Part shown: positions 17,030 to 24,959 of the stretch, one piece after another
Numbering within the stretch: the first letter of the stretch is position 1
Layout of the letters: every line of letters starts with the position of its first letter
Notes under the pieces: generated by a model
Database searches by the model: none
Seen by the model: the letters and a program-made list of their open reading frames with translations, nothing else
Told to the model about the DNA's origin: nothing
Made by a program: the position numbers and the translations under genes
From: Escherichia phage vB_EcoS_W011D
Direction: 5' to 3' (one strand)
DNA length: 49,847 bases
Sequence record: NC_054893.1

Positions 17030-17650
17030 AAAGACAAAACAGCGCCTAAGTCATTGAAAACAGGCTGTCTTTTTTTCTGTTAACGCTGTTAACGAGTTGC
17101 GGAGGATTAAATATATATAGATGCGCACACGCCACCCCACCCAGGCGAGCGCATACCCATATATCACTATACATCAATCCAGACACTACCCCATATCCAC
17201 CATAAACAGTGTGAACAATAAAAACAACAAATAGATATATATAAATAAATATACTTTAATTTCAATGTATTATAGAGGATTTATAGTGTTTATTTTGTTT
17301 ACTCAACACCGAAAAACGGCGCGGAAACAATGCGGAGAAATCTGTGAACACCCATGAACAAGAGGAGACAAAGCGCCATGGCGAGAGCGAAAACTTGACA
17401 CTTGCGAACCAGGTTTCACCATTCCCCACACAATCAGTAAAAATTCACACTAATTATTGTCTAAACTGCAACAATCACTATCTTGCATGATGTGCAACGA
17501 TATGCGGCTATCATTTCAGATTTTGCAATGGTGCTGCAAAGCGGTTGTTTTATACACAATCCATCAATAGCACTTTTTGTTAAAAGCGATCGGATCTGAT
17601 TTGCTATAGTTACTTCATCGAAACGGGATACCCAATCAGGAGCAAGCAAG
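17030..17650. other. 620-bp AT-rich non-coding region between the divergent early operons, carrying a ~150-bp element homologous to one in 36530-36990
   Basis: No ORF of 60 aa or more with an RBS; contains ACAAATAGATATATATAAATAAATA and GTGAACAC boxes shared with the second region. Confidence 0.6.
17567..17586 (+). promoter_or_regulatory. Conserved 20-bp box copy (ATAGCACTTTTTGTTAAAAG), first of the rightward early block
   Basis: Followed 18 nt later by TATAGT and the CATCGAAACGGGA leader before the 17652 start. Confidence 0.6.
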
Positions 17651-17651
17651 C

Positions 17652-17927
17652 ATGAACATCAGCAAAACTACTTTCAACTTTGCCAAGAAACGCGGTCTGG
17701 ATCTGACTGTTGAGGATTTCGGCGACGGTCTGCAACTGTGCATTTGGGAAGCTGATAACGATTGCGAATGGCTTTGCTCCTACCGCATCAACTATGACAA
17801 CTTAACCTGGCATGGCAACGTTTACCTCCCGCAAGAGATTAAAGAGGAATTACCAGCAACTATTAGCAACGAGGTTTTCTTGCGCCAGGTGCTGAAATTC
17901 ATCAGCGACGAAATGAAAAAGGCTTGA
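17652..17927 (+). CDS. Hypothetical protein
   Basis: 91-aa track ORF with AGGAG RBS. Confidence 0.45.
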   Translation: MNISKTTFNFAKKRGLDLTVEDFGDGLQLCIWEADNDCEWLCSYRINYDNLTWHGNVYLPQEIKEELPATISNEVFLRQVLKFISDEMKKA

Positions 17928-17946
17928 TAGCACTTTTTGTTAAAAC
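17927..17946 (+). promoter_or_regulatory. Conserved 20-bp box copy (ATAGCACTTTTTGTTAAAAC)
   Basis: Starts at the stop of the upstream gene; followed by hairpin GGGGTT/..CCCC with TGGCATAAT. Confidence 0.6.
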
Positions 17947-18001
17947 TGGATCGGGGTTAGTTGGCATAATAGCCCCATCAACCAATCAGGAGAATCGAAC
18001 G

Positions 18002-18223
18002 ATGAACTTTGAACAACAAACCCAATTCGAAACAGTAGTTACCGAACGTGACGCTACCCACGAGAAAGGATTATTCAAGAAGGGCGCACAAATCACCGTC
18101 GATATTGAGGATATGGTTGCATATCACGGCGGCATCACCTGGAATATCGCAGTGGTTGAGCCGGGCAAGAAATTTAAACTTCTGGCATTCAATACCGTGT
18201 TTGAAACTGTGGAAGGTGAATAA
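18002..18223 (+). CDS. Hypothetical protein
   Basis: Track ORF trimmed to MNFEQQ start with CAGGAGAA RBS. Confidence 0.45.
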   Translation: MNFEQQTQFETVVTERDATHEKGLFKKGAQITVDIEDMVAYHGGITWNIAVVEPGKKFKLLAFNTVFETVEGE

Positions 18224-18429
18224 TGAAACTACGCTGCATCAAAGCCGAAAACGATAATTTGAACGTGTGGCGATTCACTGAGGGCAAAGAGTACAGATTG
18301 CGCGGTCGCTGGGAAAATGATCCGCATATCATCGACGATAACGGGTTGGAATTGTGGCTTTTCCGGTACGATCATGTAATTCGTGGTGCTGGCATTGACA
18401 ATTATCACTTTGAGGAGATCGCAAAATGA
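18223..18429 (+). CDS. Hypothetical protein
   Basis: 68-aa track ORF; TAATG overlap with the upstream gene. Confidence 0.45.
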   Translation: MKLRCIKAENDNLNVWRFTEGKEYRLRGRWENDPHIIDDNGLELWLFRYDHVIRGAGIDNYHFEEIAK

Positions 18430-18620
18430 CATTTACAAAAGAGCAATTCAGCGAGTTTTTCCGACTTGTGCAAATGAGCGGAAGCTGTAACCAAATGGAT
18501 CGCATAAACAGCCGTCTTGATATGCCAAAATTTATTAAGGAGCATGGGCGCGATAAATGCAATGAAATGTGGAGGCTTATCGAGTCCGGCGTTACGCCAT
18601 CAACTCTGGAGATTGGTTAA
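18426..18620 (+). CDS. Hypothetical protein
   Basis: 64-aa track ORF; ATGA overlap; GAGGAG RBS. Confidence 0.45.
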   Translation: MTFTKEQFSEFFRLVQMSGSCNQMDRINSRLDMPKFIKEHGRDKCNEMWRLIESGVTPSTLEIG

Positions 18621-18853
18621 TGGCACGCCACCAGGTAACATGCACCTGCACCGCTTACGATTTCCCGCATAGGTTCGGCGGCGGTCGGTGCAATGGGTTG
18701 TCGATAGTTGATGAGCATTGCGGCGGCTGGCTGTGCCAACACTGCAACCTATTCAATCAGGGTTGCGAGGTGATGAAAGGCCAGGAGGAGCCGAAAGAGT
18801 GCCCTTACGTGATCGAGTTTTGCGAGTACAACGAAATAAGGCTCCCTAAATGA
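18620..18853 (+). CDS. Cysteine-rich small protein (putative zinc-binding)
   Basis: Track ORF trimmed to MARHQVT start; Cys clusters CTCTA, HCGGWLCQHC, GCEV, ECPYVIEFC. Confidence 0.45.
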   Translation: MARHQVTCTCTAYDFPHRFGGGRCNGLSIVDEHCGGWLCQHCNLFNQGCEVMKGQEEPKECPYVIEFCEYNEIRLPK

Positions 18854-19047
18854 TTAGATATGCTGCGTATCTTGTAAGCAGGATTGACAGGAACGACAAA
18901 ACGCTAATTGCAACCGCTAACAACCTGGTTAACGCAATCCAGGCGTTTGAGGACTACAACACGCATCACATCAACCGGAATTACAAAAAGGTTGTAGAGC
19001 GTCAGCGCTGCGAGTGGGTAACGGAAGATAAAATCACATATCTTTGA
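18850..19047 (+). CDS. Hypothetical protein
   Basis: 65-aa track ORF; ATGA overlap with the upstream gene. Confidence 0.4.
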   Translation: MIRYAAYLVSRIDRNDKTLIATANNLVNAIQAFEDYNTHHINRNYKKVVERQRCEWVTEDKITYL

Positions 19048-19048
19048 A

Positions 19049-19068
19049 ATAGCACTTTTTGTTAAAAC
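19049..19068 (+). promoter_or_regulatory. Conserved 20-bp box copy (ATAGCACTTTTTGTTAAAAC)
   Basis: Followed by hairpin GCGCCC/GGGCGC with TGGTATAAT between the arms. Confidence 0.6.
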
Positions 19069-19126
19069 GAAATCACGCGCCCTGGTATAATGGGCGCATC
19101 AACAAACGAAACAAGGAAATAAAGCA

Positions 19127-19348
19127 ATGAAAATCAAAACTGAATCAATCATGAAACTGGTCAAAGCAAACGGTAAAGCGGTGCTCAAAATGGATCGCGC
19201 TTCTGGTTTCCATCAGTTGACGATTACCAAAATCAAAACAGGCTACGCGGTAGGCGAGCACCCAGGCGGAAAGATTCGCCGCATGACGGAAAGCGATGCT
19301 TACGCGATGATTGATGATCTGTCTTTCTTGATTGAAAAATGGTTCTGA
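19127..19348 (+). CDS. Hypothetical protein
   Basis: 73-aa track ORF with AAGGAAATAAAGCA leader. Confidence 0.45.
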   Translation: MKIKTESIMKLVKANGKAVLKMDRASGFHQLTITKIKTGYAVGEHPGGKIRRMTESDAYAMIDDLSFLIEKWF

Positions 19349-19410
19349 TTCCTGATTGGTTCAAAGGGCGGATTTTGCGCCGCCCAACAATAATTGCGAG
19401 GTGAAATTAA

Positions 19411-19635
19411 ATGGCTCAAGATGGTTTCTTTGCGCGACTGCATGAAGCGGAGGCGGCTGGACTAAACAAAGAGGCTGCGTTAGAGGTTGCGTATAAATTA
19501 ATCAGCCTTGATGATGCGTTGGGTGCAATGGACATGGATCAAGAATGTGGCGCTATTCTTGCAGATCCGACAACAATCATTAACGATTGCGGCTGCAATT
19601 TCGATCCATCATGCAAGCGTTGTTTTCCATTCTGA
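19411..19635 (+). CDS. Small acidic protein with C-terminal Cys cluster
   Basis: 74-aa track ORF with GAGGTGAAATTAA RBS. Confidence 0.45.
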   Translation: MAQDGFFARLHEAEAAGLNKEAALEVAYKLISLDDALGAMDMDQECGAILADPTTIINDCGCNFDPSCKRCFPF

Positions 19636-19644
19636 GGGTGAATT

Positions 19645-20340
19645 ATGGTTATTTGGTCACTGTTTGACGGCTCCGGCATTATGGGCCTGGATTGGGCGAA
19701 AGCTGGTCACACTGTTTTCTGTTTCAATGCTGATACAGCGGATCACGGCGAATACGAAATCAAGATGCAGCATGAAAACCTGCATTATGTGAATGCCTGG
19801 ATTGATGAAACGTTTGATCCGGCTGGCTCGGTGGCTTACCTATCAGGGAACCAGCAAAAGGTAATCAGCAAGCCTGACATTATTTTTGCTTTCCCGTCAT
19901 GCACTGAGTTAGCGCATAGTGGGCGCAAGCATGAGCGCAACGAGGACGCTGTTGATCTGGCTGTCAGTAATGCAAAACTGGTTGAGGCGTTAGGCAATCG
20001 CTATGGTTGCCCCTGGATGGTGGAAAATCCCGTGGGGCTTCTGTCAACTAAATGGCGCAAACCAAACCATTACTTTCACCCGTTCGAATACGGCGGATAC
20101 ATGCGAGAGGATGAAAAGCCTTATCATCCAAAAATGCCAGCTTTCGACGGGTACACAAAGAAAACTTGCATTTGGTGCGGTAACGGTTTTGTTATGCCTG
20201 ATAAAGTACCAGGCCCGATCAATATAGGTTTCTTTTGGGCGTGGAAGTATTTAGGCGGAAAGTCTGCCAGGACAAAGCAATTGCGCTCACTCACCCCTCG
20301 CGGCTTTTCGCGTGCCGTCATGATCTTTAATTCAAAATAG
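19645..20340 (+). CDS. Short SAM-dependent methyltransferase-like protein, possibly cytosine-C5 type (atypical motifs)
   Basis: 231 aa; LFDGSGIMG resembles MTase motif I, FPSCTE resembles a catalytic Cys motif (not canonical PCQ), ENPVG resembles the ENV motif; too short for a classical target-recognition domain. Confidence 0.4.
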   Translation: MVIWSLFDGSGIMGLDWAKAGHTVFCFNADTADHGEYEIKMQHENLHYVNAWIDETFDPAGSVAYLSGNQQKVISKPDIIFAFPSCTELAHSGRKHERNEDAVDLAVSNAKLVEALGNRYGCPWMVENPVGLLSTKWRKPNHYFHPFEYGGYMREDEKPYHPKMPAFDGYTKKTCIWCGNGFVMPDKVPGPINIGFFWAWKYLGGKSARTKQLRSLTPRGFSRAVMIFNSK

Positions 20341-20356
20341 CACTTTTTGTTAAAAG
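20337..20356 (+). promoter_or_regulatory. Conserved 20-bp box copy (ATAGCACTTTTTGTTAAAAG)
   Basis: Box contains the TAG stop of the upstream gene; followed by hairpin GCCAGG/CCTGGC then CATAAT. Confidence 0.6.
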
Positions 20357-20412
20357 CCAGGTGTAAAAGCCTGGCATAATACAACCACACCAAACGAAAG
20401 GAGCAAATCAAA

Positions 20413-20832
20413 ATGGCTAAGACAATCAAACTCAAATGCACATCAACCATCACCGAATCTTTCATTGAAAACCGCCTGTATTCCGCTCGCGTTGATGATG
20501 AAGGCAATATTTCTATCGGAAAAGGCAAGGGTAAAATTTTCCTGGCTGTTGGTGTTTGCGGCGAGATTGCTTGCGTATCAAAAGGTTGCATTGCTGCAAG
20601 ATTCGTTGAGTTAAAAACCAAAACGATTAAATGCACTTGGGTAAATCACTCAATGCAGATCAAGAAAACTTTCAAAGCTGGCAAGCGCTACCAGATCGAA
20701 CAAGGGCGCGTGCTGGGTGGCGTTGCTGGTTATGTATTCGACGAGGACGGCGACCGCTTGACGCTTTATCGTGAGGAGGTCGGATTCTCTGCCGCTGGTG
20801 GTGCTTATCTGTTTGAGGCGAAATATTCATGA
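20413..20832 (+). CDS. Hypothetical protein
   Basis: 139-aa track ORF with AAAGGAG RBS. Confidence 0.45.
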   Translation: MAKTIKLKCTSTITESFIENRLYSARVDDEGNISIGKGKGKIFLAVGVCGEIACVSKGCIAARFVELKTKTIKCTWVNHSMQIKKTFKAGKRYQIEQGRVLGGVAGYVFDEDGDRLTLYREEVGFSAAGGAYLFEAKYS

Positions 20833-21077
20833 GTGAAAAGCGTTATTTAGGCGTTGGCGACGTGCAAAAGGAATGGCGCTATAAAGTCATAGATGGCGAA
20901 ACTTCCTGCATGAAAGTTGGCGATATTATCAAGCCAATTAAGGTTGTTGGCGGCAAATGGCAGATCGGACACAATTACCGCCAATCGTTACCTTTTGAGC
21001 GAATAGATAGCGTTACGGCTGAATGCGTTAGCTCACTGACCGGAAAACTAATGGCTCGCATAGAGCGGATCAAATAG
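20829..21077 (+). CDS. Hypothetical protein
   Basis: 82-aa track ORF; ATGA overlap with the upstream gene. Confidence 0.45.
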   Translation: MSEKRYLGVGDVQKEWRYKVIDGETSCMKVGDIIKPIKVVGGKWQIGHNYRQSLPFERIDSVTAECVSSLTGKLMARIERIK

Positions 21078-21093
21078 CACTTTTTGTTAAAAC
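21074..21093 (+). promoter_or_regulatory. Conserved 20-bp box copy (ATAGCACTTTTTGTTAAAAC)
   Basis: Contains the TAG stop of the upstream gene; followed by hairpin GTTGCCG/CGGCAAC with TATAAT in the loop. Confidence 0.6.
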
Positions 21094-21146
21094 AGGGTAG
21101 TATTGTTGCCGTTATAATTAGCGGCAACAAGAAAGGAGATTTTCAG

Positions 21147-22727
21147 ATGTACGATTTTGAACAAAAACGCTTATCACCAAAAGATATTATCGACACTGCC
21201 GAAAGCCTGGGCGTTTCGCCTCTGCGTGTTGCAATCAACGCAAACGGCTACCGCCAATCATCCAGCTTTTGGGGCGATGTTCAAGATGTTAATTCAGGCA
21301 ATGACCGCTACCCTGTAATTTCGTTGGGAAACGATATTGACGTTGTAGGAAAACTTTCAAGCAATATTGCAAAATCAGTTCAGTTTCCGGCCTCATCAGC
21401 CTATATGCACTTTGTAGGTTGCGTGTCTGCTGCAATGCTCGGTCGTTTTACTGTTGATTATCATGGAACCGATCAGCCAACGGCGCTGTATGTTGTGACA
21501 AGCCAGCCGCCGTCAACTGGTAAATCTGCGATCAACAGCCTGGCGATTGCTCCTATGGTTTGCGAGGTTGAGCGAATCAACGAACAACGCAAGAAAGAGC
21601 GCAAAAAGATTATGGCTAAACTCGCTGGCCTTGCTAAAGAAATGAAAAGCGAGAGATCAGGCGCTGATATGGCGGCACTGTATGAGGAAAAGGAAGAATT
21701 AGAGGAGAAATTGCAAAAACTGTGTGATGTTGTTTTTCCTGTTTCCGACACCACGCCAGAAGGTTTGGCGAAAATCAACAACCGCCAAGGAAATTTTGCG
21801 GTTATCTCGGATGAAGCAACCAGTATTAACAGCTTATTGGGATTGACCTACGCCAACAGCGAGCGCAAAACTAACAGCGAATTGGTGTTAAAAGCATGGG
21901 ATGCGGGACACGTTTCTATTGCTCGTGCCAACGCAGAAAATAACATGAGTTTTAAAGCGCTGGGTTGCATGAGCGTAATTGCTCAGGATGAAACGATAAG
22001 CGGCATTATGGAGGCTGGTTCACGCGGTATCGGTGTTAGTGAGCGTTTCTTGCTGGTTCGTGAAGAATCGTTTTTAGGTCGCCGCACGTTCATTGATGAT
22101 GATGGTGATTCAACCTTTGAGCCAGTAGATCCGACACTGAAAGCGCAATATTATCAACTTATTCATAACATCATGACGGAGGCGGAAGTTTCATTGAAGA
22201 TCAGCAAATCCGCAATGAAATGCTTAAACCGCGCTCGCCAGGAAATGGAGCCAGATCTTGCAGACGGCGGAAAATATTCACATACCATGTTGCGCGGTGC
22301 GCTGGGTAAAATGGATAAGCAAGTTATTCGCATTGCATCAGTTCTGCATGTAATCCGCAACTGGTTCAATGAAAGCGGATCGCCTCAGAAGTCGAGAGAA
22401 ATTGAACTGGAAACTATGCAAGAGGCTTTAATCATGTTCCAGGAGTTGAGCAAAACATACATCAGTGCGGCGAATGCTTCCGGTCACGCTGGCGATGATG
22501 CCGAAATGAGCAAGTTAATCGACATTATCACGCGCCACGGCAAAGCCAACAAAGGGATCTTAAGTGTTCGCGCAATTTACGAATCGGCACGCAAGGTTAA
22601 ACCATTCCTGGGGCAAGCTGGCATTATGAAGCGCATAGAGGAAAATTTACTGCCAATGCTTGAAGATCGAAACTATGTTTGCGTAATCAATGGGCGTGTC
22701 TTTGTGAATCCTGCTTTATTGGGGTGA
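21147..22727 (+). CDS. Large ATPase with Walker A-like PSTGKS (replication-associated, DUF3987-like guess)
   Basis: Track ORF 21084-22727 trimmed to MYDFEQ start with AAAGGAGA RBS; P-loop-like TSQPPSTGKSAIN about 130 aa from the start. Confidence 0.4.
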   Translation: MYDFEQKRLSPKDIIDTAESLGVSPLRVAINANGYRQSSSFWGDVQDVNSGNDRYPVISLGNDIDVVGKLSSNIAKSVQFPASSAYMHFVGCVSAAMLGRFTVDYHGTDQPTALYVVTSQPPSTGKSAINSLAIAPMVCEVERINEQRKKERKKIMAKLAGLAKEMKSERSGADMAALYEEKEELEEKLQKLCDVVFPVSDTTPEGLAKINNRQGNFAVISDEATSINSLLGLTYANSERKTNSELVLKAWDAGHVSIARANAENNMSFKALGCMSVIAQDETISGIMEAGSRGIGVSERFLLVREESFLGRRTFIDDDGDSTFEPVDPTLKAQYYQLIHNIMTEAEVSLKISKSAMKCLNRARQEMEPDLADGGKYSHTMLRGALGKMDKQVIRIASVLHVIRNWFNESGSPQKSREIELETMQEALIMFQELSKTYISAANASGHAGDDAEMSKLIDIITRHGKANKGILSVRAIYESARKVKPFLGQAGIMKRIEENLLPMLEDRNYVCVINGRVFVNPALLG

Positions 22728-22731
22728 CTTA

Positions 22732-23124
22732 ATGATGTTTCTCTTAGATCTGTATAAATTTTGTGAAAGTTACGATTGGTTTAACCGTCAACATTTGGCA
22801 AAGTTTGTTTTTCAGCACAAAGAGTGTGAGCGGCTCGCGAGAGCCGCAAACATGACACCGCGTAAATTCGCCTCAAGCGTTTCTCTTGAGTTTATCCCGC
22901 GAATGGCTACATTGGGATACCTTGATATAAAAAACGGCGTGGTGACGTGCTACGGCTCGAAAAAACGGCCTTTCCGGTTTGAGTTGTATAGTCTGGAAGG
23001 TGAGAGCAATAAATACATTTACGATCTATTTCACCTGAATGAGTTAAGCGATGAAGAATTATTCTGCTCAAAAACTAATCGACGAGATATTGAAGCATTG
23101 CGCCGTAAATTCAATCTCACATGA
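22732..23124 (+). CDS. Hypothetical protein
   Basis: 130-aa track ORF starting 4 nt after the upstream stop. Confidence 0.4.
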   Translation: MMFLLDLYKFCESYDWFNRQHLAKFVFQHKECERLARAANMTPRKFASSVSLEFIPRMATLGYLDIKNGVVTCYGSKKRPFRFELYSLEGESNKYIYDLFHLNELSDEELFCSKTNRRDIEALRRKFNLT

Positions 23125-23245
23125 TGATCTGATTTATGCGCTGTTAACCATAATGCGAGCCGACATGAAAGCGTTTGGCGACAAGGAGCATAATTTATGT
23201 GATGGTGATGGCGTGATATTGGTTAACGTCAGATTGCTTGAATAG
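23051..23245 (+). CDS. Possible overlapping small ORF (64 aa); may be spurious or a frameshift partner
   Basis: Overlaps 22732-23124 by 74 nt in another frame; weak RBS; its stop lies in the next box copy. Confidence 0.2.
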   Translation: MKNYSAQKLIDEILKHCAVNSISHDDLIYALLTIMRADMKAFGDKEHNLCDGDGVILVNVRLLE

Positions 23246-23261
23246 CACTTTTTGTTAAAAA
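23242..23261 (+). promoter_or_regulatory. Conserved 20-bp box copy (ATAGCACTTTTTGTTAAAAA)
   Basis: Followed by hairpin ACCCGAT/ATCGGGT then TATATT and the CATCGAAACGAAAC leader. Confidence 0.6.
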
Positions 23262-23322
23262 ACCCGATCTTGTATCGGGTATATTTGTTTCATCGAAACG
23301 AAACACACAAAAGGAAATCACC

Positions 23323-23550
23323 ATGAGCACCAAATTTGTTGCAGTTCGCGTAAACCACTTTGCAAACGGTCAATCAATCGAGGTTCAAACCGTTTACAAC
23401 AAGGCTAATGGATGGAGCCATTACGACGCGCTGAAAGTTGAGCACGATATTGCAAAGCGTTTTGGCTGGGAGGTTTACGAAGTCTACATTAAACCATACG
23501 ACGAAAACGACAAGCCGACAAATGAATCTCATGAGTGGCAAGACGCATAA
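23323..23550 (+). CDS. Hypothetical protein, last gene of the rightward early block
   Basis: 75-aa track ORF with AAAAGGAAATCACC RBS; followed by a bidirectional terminator. Confidence 0.45.
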   Translation: MSTKFVAVRVNHFANGQSIEVQTVYNKANGWSHYDALKVEHDIAKRFGWEVYEVYIKPYDENDKPTNESHEWQDA

Positions 23551-23556
23551 AAAAAA

Positions 23557-23572
23557 GGAGCCGTTAGGCTCC
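23557..23572. terminator. Bidirectional rho-independent terminator GGAGCCGTTAGGCTCC
   Basis: Perfect 6-bp stem with A8 upstream and T-rich tract downstream; the stop codon and last codons of the u-spanin gene lie inside the hairpin. Confidence 0.7.
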
Positions 23573-23956
23573 TTTCTTGTTTCTACCGTAACCGATAGCA
23601 ACCAGCATGATAGCGATTGCAGCGAAAAACAAAACGCTCGTTTGCCAATCCAGGCCGCTATCTGAATTACGGATCTCTATCTTATCCGCCGTTATGGTTT
23701 CAGCCTGAATGCTTGAGGCGCTCACCTTCTTTTTGTTTGAGGTGTCAACCTTGCCAACGGCTGAATCCTTAATCGTGCTTTCCTGCTTGCTGCTGGTGTC
23801 CTGCTTTGCCGTTACGCCTACCGTTTGTTTTACGTTTTCTGCTCCGGCTTGTGCTGTGATTTCCGGCTTACTGCCAATCAAACCAGTCAGCGCGCTTGAT
23901 GCCGAACAACCGGAAAGCATTACCGAAACTGCAATTGCTGTGATTACTCGTTTCAT
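23564..23956 (-). CDS. Unimolecular spanin (T1 gp11-type): lipoprotein signal plus C-terminal transmembrane helix
   Basis: 130 aa; N-terminal signal with lipobox LSGC; C-terminal hydrophobic helix [16 protein letters not shown] followed by basic tail; directly downstream of endolysin with ATGA overlap. Confidence 0.65.
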   Translation of the reverse strand: MKRVITAIAVSVMLSGCSASSALTGLIGSKPEITAQAGAENVKQTVGVTAKQDTSSKQESTIKDSAVGKVDTSNKKKVSASSIQAETITADKIEIRNSDSGLDWQTSVLFFAAIAIMLVAIGYGRNKKGA

Positions 23957-24447
23957 TTTTTCAGATCCTTAACGCAATATTTGAACTCAACAGCGCGGCG
24001 GTTGTGTAAGCCTTTCGACTTCTCTTTTTTTCCGGTGCGCGGGTTTGTGTAATACGTCCAACTCCATAGCTGATCGCACGCCTCATACAATCGCCCCTGG
24101 TTAATCAGTTTCAGCATGGTTGACTTGCGAAACGCTCCGATTCCGGCGTTGTATGTGAATGAGTATAGAGCCGCTCGCATGGTGTCTGGAATATCCACCT
24201 TAACGCGCTTATCAACTTCATCCTTTGCGATCTTGATATGCTTTGCCAATAGCGCATCGCATTCGCGCTGCGTGTACGTCTTGCCTAAAACCACATCCTT
24301 TCCTGTGATGCCAGCGCATACCGTCCAGATTCCAGCAATATCCTTGTAAGGCTTATACCTGATTCCCTCGATCTCCTCCAGTAGTGGAGAAGTTAAGGCG
24401 AGCGCCACGCCAAAAGCACCCGCCGTGATTCTCGTCTTAATCGTCAT
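23953..24447 (-). CDS. Endolysin, T4-lysozyme-like (GH24) muramidase with hydrophobic N-terminal SAR-like segment
   Basis: Catalytic spacing E-8aa-D-5aa-T present ([16 protein letters not shown]); N-terminal [17 protein letters not shown] segment; between holin and spanin. Confidence 0.8.
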   Translation of the reverse strand: MTIKTRITAGAFGVALALTSPLLEEIEGIRYKPYKDIAGIWTVCAGITGKDVVLGKTYTQRECDALLAKHIKIAKDEVDKRVKVDIPDTMRAALYSFTYNAGIGAFRKSTMLKLINQGRLYEACDQLWSWTYYTNPRTGKKEKSKGLHNRRAVEFKYCVKDLKK

Positions 24448-24662
24448 TATTTACCCCTGATTTTGATTGCCTCTTGAATGTCTCCGCGATCTAGTGCTTC
24501 CTGAAACGCCTTGCTATCTTTCCAGCGAAGATAAGCGCCCCATAAACCAAAAGCCGCCATCAACACCAGGCTTGCAACAGCAATTGTGATCTGCCCCGTT
24601 GCCGCGCTGGTTAATGATGATCCGCCAGTACCCATTGTTGCGGCGTTGATAAATTCTTTCAT
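24447..24662 (-). CDS. Holin (single transmembrane helix, charged C-terminus)
   Basis: 71 aa with one hydrophobic helix [21 protein letters not shown] and a Lys/Glu/Asp-rich tail; immediately upstream of endolysin. Confidence 0.6.
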   Translation of the reverse strand: MKEFINAATMGTGGSSLTSAATGQITIAVASLVLMAAFGLWGAYLRWKDSKAFQEALDRGDIQEAIKIRGK

Positions 24663-24735
24663 GATTAGATCCTCAAAGTTAAATTGTCAATAAATATGTG
24701 AATATATACTAACCAGCCTTGAACGAAAACGGAAC

Positions 24736-24765
24736 AATAAAAAAGGGGCTGGCAAATGCCAACCC
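24736..24765 (-). terminator. Rho-independent terminator upstream of the lysis cassette (minus strand)
   Basis: GC-rich inverted repeat GGGGTTGGC/GCCAGCCCC (one mismatch) followed by TTTTTTATT on the minus strand. Confidence 0.55.
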
Positions 24766-24959
24766 CTATCAAGTTGATGATTTAATTATGTTTTATAGTG
24801 GCGAAAAAGTCAGATAATGCCCGTTTAATGGTGCCTGGATTGCGCTTCCTTGACCGTCGCGGATCTCGTATAAATCACCACAAAGTTTCACGGCACGATA
24901 AACAGCGCCAACGATAAACGGTAAAGATTTTGATGTGTTACGGATGCAACGAACTTTCA

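Noticed and set aside
16965-17650. Phage-encoded RNA polymerase as the reader of the box promoters
   Set aside because: No ORF of suitable size or motif content exists; the largest proteins are the J-like fibre, tape measure, side fibre, helicase and terminase.
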